A DNA stretch of 64,000 nt from Dehalococcoidia bacterium. GTDB lineage: Bacteria; Chloroflexota; Dehalococcoidia; Lucifugimonadales; CBDEGW01. The stretch covers positions 861,340-925,339 of the forward strand of contig CBDEGW010000004.1 of assembly GCA_965237935.1 (NCBI GenBank). Direction: 5' to 3'. Below the pieces are notes generated by a model, which ran no database searches, was not told the DNA's origin, and saw only the letters and a program-made list of their open reading frames with translations. Positions 51,027-58,763 of the stretch are shown here, in pieces (position 1 is the first letter of the stretch; every line of letters begins with the position of its first letter). A program made the position numbers and the translations under genes.

Positions 51027-51045
51027 GGCGGCGCGCTCCTAGAGA

Positions 51046-52068
51046 TCAGTTCTCGTCATAGGTGAGCATCACCTGGATGGCCTCTTCAGGGTGTGTATCC
51101 AGCAATTCGTAGGCCTGGGCCGCCCGGGATATCGGCAATCGATGGGTGATGAGGCGTGCGGGCTTTACCTGCTCAAGCATCGACCAGGCCACCTTGAGGC
51201 GACGTTCCTTGCTCCAGCGTCCCGTCCACTCAGGAGCAACGGTGCTCACCTGGCTGCTTATAAGTCGAATGCGGCTTCGATGAAAGGCGCCTCCCAAGTC
51301 CAGGCTGGCCCGCTTCTGGCCGTACCAGGAGCCTATGACTATCCGGCCACTGAAACCCGTGGCGGCGATGGCCTGGTCCAGGGAGTCCGGATTGCCGGAA
51401 AGCTCGTAGGTGAGGTCCGCTCCTCCTTCCCGAAACAGGGAGCTCAACTGAGCCCGGAGGTCCTCGGTATCGGGGTCCAGGCTGGCGCGGGCCCCCAGGG
51501 CCAGGGACATCTGGCGTCTAAGCGGGTACTTATCCAAGGTGACCAGGCTGTCCAGAGGCATTCTGGCCAGCAACGCCGTGGTCAGCAGGCCTACCACCCC
51601 TTGCCCGAAAACCAGTACACGTTCTCCGATAGCCGGATTTCCGTCCATCAGGAAATTAACGGCCGTCTCCATGCTGGGTAGGAAAGCGGCTTCATCCGTG
51701 GAAATGGCATCGGGCACTGGGCGGAGCTCCGCGGGCGAAGCCGTAAAATGGCTCTCGTGGGGATGAAAGGCGAAGACCCGCCTTCCCTGCCATTCCTCCG
51801 CCACGCCATCGCCCAGAGCTACAACCCGGCCGACGGCGGCGTACCCGTACTTAAGGGGGTAGCGAAAATCGCCGGACAGGGCGGAAATCGTGGCGTCCAG
51901 GGGTACGTCTGTGGGAGCCTGGCCTCGGTACACGAGCATCTCTGTGCCCGGACTGATGGCCGAGACCAGATTTTGCACCAGCACCTGGCCGGCGGTGAGC
52001 TCAGGCAGGAAGTCCTCGCTTACCGACACCTGGTAGGGCGCGTTGAAGCACACACTTAACCGCTTCAC
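51046..52068 (-). CDS. medium-chain (zinc-type) alcohol dehydrogenase family oxidoreductase
   Basis: GroES-like N-terminus and a Rossmann GxGxxG (VFGQGVVGLL). 340 aa. First gene of a three-gene operon. Confidence 0.8.
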   Translation of the reverse strand: MKRLSVCFNAPYQVSVSEDFLPELTAGQVLVQNLVSAISPGTEMLVYRGQAPTDVPLDATISALSGDFRYPLKYGYAAVGRVVALGDGVAEEWQGRRVFAFHPHESHFTASPAELRPVPDAISTDEAAFLPSMETAVNFLMDGNPAIGERVLVFGQGVVGLLTTALLARMPLDSLVTLDKYPLRRQMSLALGARASLDPDTEDLRAQLSSLFREGGADLTYELSGNPDSLDQAIAATGFSGRIVIGSWYGQKRASLDLGGAFHRSRIRLISSQVSTVAPEWTGRWSKERRLKVAWSMLEQVKPARLITHRLPISRAAQAYELLDTHPEEAIQVMLTYDEN

Positions 52069-52109
52069 TACGGTGTGTATTCTACCATAGGGGCTTCATA
52101 TCTCTGCCT

Positions 52110-52251
52110 GGCTTTACAGAAAGAGTCCAACAGCAGACGTTTTCTTTCCCACCCACCCACCCGATATGTCTGGTTCTTGAGGGGACACCCCTCAGACTCC
52201 CTGGCAGAGAACCTAGGTTCTCTGCACTCTCTTGACTTTTTATGCAAAGCC
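52110..52251 (+). mobile_element. MITE-like repeat, subfamily A, copy A6
   Basis: GGCTTTACAGAAAGAGTCCAACAGCAGACG...CTTGACTTTTTATGCAAAGCC with both internal palindromes intact. Confidence 0.8.
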
Positions 52252-53855
52252 AGCAGAAGGAAATGCAGGGTGGATAGGTTTTTGTACGAGGTCTAGGCCA
52301 ACAGCTGCGTCATCCCACATGATGCAGCGACGTAACGGAGCCAAAAACAGTTGACAACCAGGAGCACCTAGGATATTTTCCCAGTGCATCTTTCCTCAAT
52401 TATCGTTAGGGGGGTGGACACTGGCTGAGGTTAACCATTCAGGAAGGGACGGAGGCCCCTCCGCTCTGGGCCACCTGCGGGTACTGGACCTAGCTGGCCC
52501 GTCAGGCCAGTACTGTGCCAAGCTCCTGGGGGACCTGGGCGCCGACGTCATCAAGGTGGAGCCGCCGGAGGGAGACCCCGGACGGTATCTGGCCCCCTTC
52601 GTCGGTGGCATCCCAGATAGGGAGCGCAGCCTTCACTTTCTTAGCCGGAACACCAATAAGCGAAGCGTCGTTCTAGGCCTGGGTTCGGAAGCCGACCAGG
52701 ATGCGTTCCGCCGGCTGGTGATCGGCTCCGATGTACTTATCGAGACCTTTGCCCCAGGCTACCTGGAGAGCCTGGGACTGGGATACGAAGCCCTGTCGTC
52801 AATTAACCCCCACCTGGTCATGACCTCCATAACGCCCTTCGGCCAAGTAGGGCTCTACAGCAATTACCTGGGAGGGGACTTGATAGCCCAAGCCATGGGT
52901 GGCCTTATGTACGTTCAGGGAGACGATACTAAGCCCCCCTGCATGGCACCGGCGGAGCAGGCTACTATGCTGGCTTGCATCCATGCCGCCTACGCCACCC
53001 TGGTAGCCCTGGAGGCACAACGCCATTCGGGGACAGGACAGCATGTGGACCTGTCCCTTCAGGAGGTGGTGGCCCACCTCCTCTTCACTATTGTGCGGTA
53101 CGCGACTCAGGGCGAAATAGTCCGACGCACCGGAAAAGCAGCCACCAACGCGCCCAATGGCTACTTTAGCTGCAAGGATGGCTACATATGCCTCTTTGTC
53201 AACTTCCCCCATCACTGGGATACTCTGGTGAAATGGATGGGCACCGAGGTCCTGGCGGACCCCATCTGGCGGGACGCCAACTTCCGGCGCCTGAACCCCG
53301 ATATCGTTGACGAGGAGGTGTCCGAGTTCGTTAGCGGCTTCACCGTGCAGGAGTTCTTTGAGCAGGCCCAGGGGCGACACATAGCAGCGATACCGGTGAA
53401 CACCCTGGTGGACTTCCTGGAGAGCCCCCAGACGGTGGCCCGTGGGTTCCTTCAAAAAACCCATCACCCGTCCGTCGGGGAGTATTCTGAGTTGGGGGCA
53501 CCCTACCGGTTCAGCGAGACACCCTGGAGGTTGGCCTCCACGGCGCCTCTACTAGGCCAGCACCAACAGGAAGTTCTGAAGAAGGAGCCCGGTATACGCA
53601 CCATCGCCGGTGGCAGCCCACCGCCGAGTAATGGCTCATCGAATAATGCCCCACGTCCCCCGCCTTTAAAGGGCATAAGGGTAGTGGATTTCACTAGAGT
53701 CTGGGCCGGCCCCCTGGGCACCCGCTACCTTGCGGACTTTGGAGCGGAGGTCATCAAAATCGAGACCGACCGCTACGCAGAAGCGGGACGACTTACCCGG
53801 AGCGGCCCGCCCCTTTTTCCAGAGAACAACCGCGGCAAGTTGGGTATCACCTTAG

Positions 53856-55559
53856 CCCGAATCCACCGAAGGACATCCTTGGGGACAGCCCTTGAAGAAG
53901 GCAGAGGGTGCTCCTCTGAATCTGGGATAATGGTTTTGGAACAGAAACCCGCCCGGAAACAAGGAGCACCCAATAGATGCTGCCACAGAACAAACCCGAC
54001 CGTATCCGCATCCTCTTTGACGACCATCGCCTGGTGGCCAATGCCGGCCTGCTCCTGCCGGCCACCCTAGCCCGGCACCTGGGCCTGCGGGAACTCGTCG
54101 ACCATCACCTTGACCTCGGCGGAGCGCCGGGACGGGCGAACACTGGGGACAAGATGCTGACGCTGGTCGCTTCCGCGCTGGCAGGCGGCGACTGCATCGA
54201 CGACGCCGATGCGCTGCGCGCTGGTGGGACGGTCGGTGTTCTAGGCTGCGTGGTCAAGGCGCCATCCACCCTGGGGACCTTCCTGCGCAGCTTCCGGTGG
54301 GGGCATGTCCGTCAACTCGACCGCGTGAGCCGCCAGTTGTTGGCCCGGGCCTGGGCCGCTGGGGCCGGACCCGGCGACTCGCCCCTGACCATCGACCTGG
54401 ACTCGACCATCTGCGAGACCTATGGACTGGCCAAGGAGGGAGCGCGCCACCACGGCTATACCGGCGCCCGCGGCTATCACCCACTGCTGGCCATTGCCGC
54501 CGGCACCGGCGAAGTGCTGATGTCCCGGCTGCGCGAGGGCCGGGCCAACACCGCCCGTGGCGCCGCCCACTTCCTGCGTGAGACGGTGGGGCGGGTGCGC
54601 TACGGCGGGGCCAGGGGACAACTCACGGTGCGGGCCGACAGCGGCTTCTACGCCCACACTGTCGTTGCCGCCTGCCGGGAAATGGATGTCCGCTTCTCTA
54701 TCACCATCCGCCAGCGCGCCAGCCTGCGGGACCTGATCGAGGCGATACCAGAGGAGGACTGGACTCCCATTCCCTACTGGATGGACGGTGCCGCCGATGT
54801 CGCCGAGACGACTTACACCCCGTTCCAGACCAAGCCGGACGCCGCGCCGGTGCGGCTCATTGTCCGGCGGGTGAAGCCGACGCCCGGTTCCCAGCTCGCC
54901 CTCTTCGCCAGATACAGCTATCACGCCTTCATCACCGACCGCGATGGGGAGACGCTGGAACTGGAGGCCGATCATCGCCGCCACGCCGAGGTCGAGAACG
55001 CCATACGCGACCTCAAGTACGGCGTCGGGCTGAACCACATGCCGTCGGCGCGCTTCGCCGCCAACGGCGCCTGGCTGGCGGTCCAGGTGATGGCGCATAA
55101 CCTGGCCCGCTGGACGGCGCGGATTGGTCTGGGCGAGCGGACCGTGATCACCAAGACCCTCAGGCGGCGGGTCTTCGCTCTGGTGGGACGGATCACCCGC
55201 TCGGCGCGCCGCCTCACTTTGCATCTCCCCCGGCGCTGGCCTTGGGAAACCCAGTTCAGTCGCGCCTTGGCCCGGCTGCAAGCCATTCCGTTCCCGGCCT
55301 GACGGCCAGCCTGCAACTGACCCAACGTCCCCGCAATCTCGCGCCACCCCGGTCGCGAGAGTCCCCTGCTGCGTATCCTCTCGCCATCCCGCGCATCGCA
55401 ACTCCCGCATAGGGCCTTAGGGGCCCTGTGCGGCGACTGAAGACCGTCCGCCGGCCTCCCATCTACCCCAAGACCCCAGGCCATCTCCCCTGTAGCTCCC
55501 TCACCCACCCCCTTCCGCTGTCCTCACGCCGTCCATCCGTGTCCTTCGGTGGATTCGGG
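53856..55559 (+). mobile_element. IS1380-family insertion sequence, copy 5
   Basis: Same element. Flanking direct repeat CTTAG (53851-53855 and 55560-55564). One G>A difference inside the left IR. Confidence 0.92.
53977..55302 (+). CDS. IS1380-family DDE transposase
   Basis: Identical 441-aa protein. Confidence 0.9.
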   Translation: MLPQNKPDRIRILFDDHRLVANAGLLLPATLARHLGLRELVDHHLDLGGAPGRANTGDKMLTLVASALAGGDCIDDADALRAGGTVGVLGCVVKAPSTLGTFLRSFRWGHVRQLDRVSRQLLARAWAAGAGPGDSPLTIDLDSTICETYGLAKEGARHHGYTGARGYHPLLAIAAGTGEVLMSRLREGRANTARGAAHFLRETVGRVRYGGARGQLTVRADSGFYAHTVVAACREMDVRFSITIRQRASLRDLIEAIPEEDWTPIPYWMDGAADVAETTYTPFQTKPDAAPVRLIVRRVKPTPGSQLALFARYSYHAFITDRDGETLELEADHRRHAEVENAIRDLKYGVGLNHMPSARFAANGAWLAVQVMAHNLARWTARIGLGERTVITKTLRRRVFALVGRITRSARRLTLHLPRRWPWETQFSRALARLQAIPFPA

Positions 55560-56548
55560 CTTAGACTTTCAGCGCCCAGAGGGCCGCGAGCTGATCAAGA
55601 GGCTGGTCGAAGTAAGCGATGTCGTGGTGGAGAACTTTGCCTCCGGGGTGCTTGAGAGGCACGGTCTAGGATACCAGGAGCTAAGGAAGGTTAAGCCGGA
55701 TATCATCGTAGTGGCAATGCCCGGTTTCGGGAATGATGGCCCCTATTCCAACTACGTAACCTACGGTCTGCAGCTCCTGTCCTACGCGGGTTTAAGCCAC
55801 CTATGGGCCCACCCCGATACGCCATATGAGGCCCATCCCAAGGTCCACTACCCAGACTTCGCCTCCGGCATCACTTGCTCTCTGGCAGCGATAGCCGCTC
55901 TGGAGCACCGGGCCCAAACGGGTAGAGGACAGTTCATCGAGCTGGCCCAGGCCGAGGCCCTGGCCTCCACTCTGGGTGTGCCTATGCTGGACCTTCTTAT
56001 CAACGGCTACACCTGGGAACCCTCCGGCAACTTCAATCACAACGCATGTCCCCACAGCTGCTATCCCTGCCTGGGGGAGGACCAGTGGTGCGCCATAGCC
56101 TGCTGGACTGATGAGCAGTGGCAGGCACTGCGCGAGACCATGGGAAGCCCCAAGTGGGCGGAAGACGGCAAGCTCGACTCCCTGGAGGGACGCCAGCGCC
56201 ATCGAGAGGAGCTGGACCAACAGTTGTGGGGGAGTGGACCAGAGACTACACTCCCCACCAGGTCATGAGAATGCTTCAAAGGGCGGGTGTGCCCGCCGGT
56301 GTCGTCCAGACGGGGGAACACCTCTATCACGACCCCCATCTCAGGTCCAGAGGCTTCCTTATCTCCTTGGAGCACCCAGGATGGGGCAACCTGGAGCATC
56401 CCGGGTTAACCTCCATTCTCTCCAAAACCCCCGGACGAGTGTCCAGAGGCATGCCCGGCCTGGGCGAGCATAACTGAGGTGGTACCCAAAAACTAGACAA
56501 CTGGCTAAGAGAGAGTCCAGCTCCTAAAATAACCGGCAACTAACCGAC

Positions 56549-56848
56549 GTGGAGGAGCAGGACATGAAGCAGACGAGGAATAAGCACAGTCCGGCGTTCA
56601 AGGCCAAGGTGGCCCTGGCCGCCCTTGCGGGGGAAGAGACCATCGCCCAGCTGGCCAGCCGATTTGAGGTCCATCCCAGTCAGATTCACGCCTGGAAAAG
56701 GGCCCTGGTGGAAGGAGCCCCGGAGCTATTTGCCACCAATCAGAAATCCCAGGAGAAAGCCAAGGAAGCTCAGATTAACCACCTCTACCGGCACATCGGC
56801 CAGCTGAAGGTGGAACGCGATTTTTTGTCGGAAAGGTCCGGTCTATGA
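56549..56848 (+). CDS. IS3-family transposase OrfA (HTH)
   Basis: ...[41 protein letters not shown]... is the IS3/IS911-type HTH, followed by a leucine-zipper-like tail. The start is probably ATG 56563. Confidence 0.85.
   Translation: MEEQDMKQTRNKHSPAFKAKVALAALAGEETIAQLASRFEVHPSQIHAWKRALVEGAPELFATNQKSQEKAKEAQINHLYRHIGQLKVERDFLSERSGL
56821..56827 (+). promoter_or_regulatory. candidate -1 programmed frameshift heptamer T TTT TTG
   Basis: An X XXY YYZ pattern in the orfA zero frame (gaT TTT TTG), 18 nt before the orfA stop. orfB is in the -1 frame. Confidence 0.45.
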
Positions 56849-57780
56849 GTCGCAGCATACGGCGAGCCATGATAGACCGAGACCACCAGCAGCTGTCTTT
56901 GGTGCGTCAATGTATCCTGCTGGACGTCAGCCGGGCCTCGGTGTACTACCGGCCGGTACCGACCAGGGCAGAAGACCTGGAGTTGATGGCCCTGATGGAC
57001 CGTCAGTATTTGAAGACCCCCTTCTACGGCTCCAGGAAGATGAAGGCCTGGCTGCTGCAACAGGGCTATCTGGTGAGCCGAAAAAGGGTTCGAAGGCTGA
57101 TGCGGTTGATGGGTCTGGAAGCGATCTACCGGCGTCCCAACACCAGCAAACCAGCGCCGGGACACCGGATCTTTCCCTATCTGCTGAAGGGAGTGGAGGT
57201 TAATCGGGTCGACCAGGTCTGGGCCGCGGACATCACCTACATCCCCATGGCGAAGGGCTTCCTGTACCTGGTGGCCATCATGGACTGGCACAGCCGGCAC
57301 GTGCTGGCCTGGAAGCTCTCCAACACCATGGACACCAGCTTCTGCGTGGCGGCGTTGGAGGAAGCCCTGGGTAAGGGACGACCGGAGATATTCAACACCG
57401 ACCAAGGGAGTCAGTTCACCAGTGAGGCCTTTACCCAGACGTTGCAGGAGCAGAGGGTCCAGGTCAGCATGGATGGTAAGGGTAGGTACCTGGACAACAT
57501 CTTCGTGGAGCGGCTGTGGCGGAGCATCAAGTACGAGGAGGTGTATCTGAAAGCTTACCAGACCGTCGCCGAGGCCCGAACTGGGATCAATGCCTACCTG
57601 GAGTTCTACAACCGGCAGAGGCCTCACCAGGCTTTGGGCTACCGGACCCCAGCAGAGGTGTACCAACATGGCCAGGAAGAAAGGGGAGCAGCAGCTGAAG
57701 AAGCAGGGCTGCCATCGGGCTTGGTGAAACCTAGCGCAGGGGTGGGAGACTCTCTTAATTTAGCCCTCATGCTGTCTTAA
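56845..57780 (+). CDS. IS3-family transposase OrfB (rve integrase core, DDE)
   Basis: ...[11 protein letters not shown]...[16 protein letters not shown]...[11 protein letters not shown]...[27 protein letters not shown]... are DDE integrase-core motifs. Confidence 0.88.
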   Translation: MSRSIRRAMIDRDHQQLSLVRQCILLDVSRASVYYRPVPTRAEDLELMALMDRQYLKTPFYGSRKMKAWLLQQGYLVSRKRVRRLMRLMGLEAIYRRPNTSKPAPGHRIFPYLLKGVEVNRVDQVWAADITYIPMAKGFLYLVAIMDWHSRHVLAWKLSNTMDTSFCVAALEEALGKGRPEIFNTDQGSQFTSEAFTQTLQEQRVQVSMDGKGRYLDNIFVERLWRSIKYEEVYLKAYQTVAEARTGINAYLEFYNRQRPHQALGYRTPAEVYQHGQEERGAAAEEAGLPSGLVKPSAGVGDSLNLALMLS

Positions 57781-58060
57781 TAATGGGGTCCACCTTATTC
57801 CCAACCTCGCACCAGTTTCACTCAGTTCCTCCGTCTTCAATATCTTCTGACGTATGCCTCTCTTCGGACATTCAGCTTCTTCTTCCACCGTCTTCCCCTT
57901 CGGCATCCAGTAGCCGATGCGCGGCTTGGTGAAGATTGTAGGTGGGGTCGTCCGCGTCCTCGTCCGGCTTGCTGTGGAGCCGCCTCTGGTACGTGCGGAG
58001 AGGGCCTGCAGGTCGCCCGGGTTCTTTGGCCCCAGACTCGTCGCGGCGGCTGGTCGTGGG

Positions 58061-58762
58061 TCACTGCCCCTCCGGCACTGGCTGGGCGTCAACGCCCACT
58101 GCTACGTCGTCCATCAGGCCGTTCCGCACGGCCCAGATCACGAGCTCCTGCTTCGTTTTGATCCCCAGCTTGTCCTGTATGCGGTAGAGATTGTTCCGGA
58201 CGGTCACGGTGCTGTTGCCCCTCGCCTCGGCGATCTCGGTGTACGACCTGCCGCTGGCGAATAGTGTCAGGGTCTCCCGCTCCAGCGCCGTCAGCTTGTC
58301 CGGGGCCTGGCGGGCGGCGAACTCACGGTCGCCGCGGACTATGGCGAATACCTCCCGCACCACCTTGCCGGGTATTCGCAGCCGGCCTCTTGCCACATCC
58401 AGAACGGCCTCCACCAGTTCCTCCGGTCGTGAGTACTTCTGAAGGTAGCCCGTCGCACCGGCGGCGACCGCCTCTATCACCGCATCCTCCTCCGTCGAGG
58501 CAGTCAGCATCAGCACCCGTGTGTCGGGCAGAAGTTCCATGGTGTCCCGGCAGGCATCGATGCCGTCCTTGTTCGGCATGATCACATCCATGACGAAGAC
58601 CTGCGGGTCGATCCCTTCGACGATCCTCACCGCCTCCTCTCCGTCCTCGGCCTGCCCCACCACCTCGAAGCGGCCCGATGCTTCCAGCGTATCCCGCAAG
58701 CCGCTCCGCATAATCGGATGATCGTCCACCACCATCACCCGTATCCGACCTTCCGTTGCCAT
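58061..58762 (-). CDS. NarL/LuxR-family response regulator
   Basis: Receiver domain (IRVMVVDDHP...VMDVIMPNKDG...MLTAS) plus a C-terminal LuxR HTH (LTALERETLTLFASGRSYTEIAEARGNSTVTVRNNLYRIQDKLG). The start is ATG 58762 with AAGGAGG upstream. Confidence 0.88.
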   Translation of the reverse strand: MATEGRIRVMVVDDHPIMRSGLRDTLEASGRFEVVGQAEDGEEAVRIVEGIDPQVFVMDVIMPNKDGIDACRDTMELLPDTRVLMLTASTEEDAVIEAVAAGATGYLQKYSRPEELVEAVLDVARGRLRIPGKVVREVFAIVRGDREFAARQAPDKLTALERETLTLFASGRSYTEIAEARGNSTVTVRNNLYRIQDKLGIKTKQELVIWAVRNGLMDDVAVGVDAQPVPEGQ

Positions 58763-58763
58763 C

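Larger units (their letters stand above)
52421..56477 (+). pseudogene. tandem two-domain family III (CaiB/BaiF) CoA-transferase, hit by IS1380 copy 5 and a frameshift, with its 3' end replaced by an IS3-family element
   Basis: Domain 1: ...LRVLDLAGPSGQYCAKLLGDLGADVIKVEPPEGD...LLGQHQQEVL. Domain 2: ...IRVVDFTRVWAGPLGTRYLADFGAEVIKIE...PGLGEHN. The frame is open upstream of the track start (52556) but no ATG/GTG/TTG occurs there, so the 52421 (CTG) start is a guess. The IS sits at 53856-55559; the frame is restored on removal with one CTTAG. There is a net -1 shift at G-run 56228-56232. The stop codon TGA 56475-56477 is the first 3 nt of the IS3 element. Confidence 0.75.
56475..57797 (+). mobile_element. 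IS3-family insertion sequence (~1.32 kb)
   Basis: Imperfect terminal inverted repeats TGAGGTGGTACCCAAAAACTAGACA / rc TAAGGTGGACCCCATTATTAAGACA (17/25). orfA and orfB are in the 0/-1 frame arrangement. No flanking target duplication found. Confidence 0.8.
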
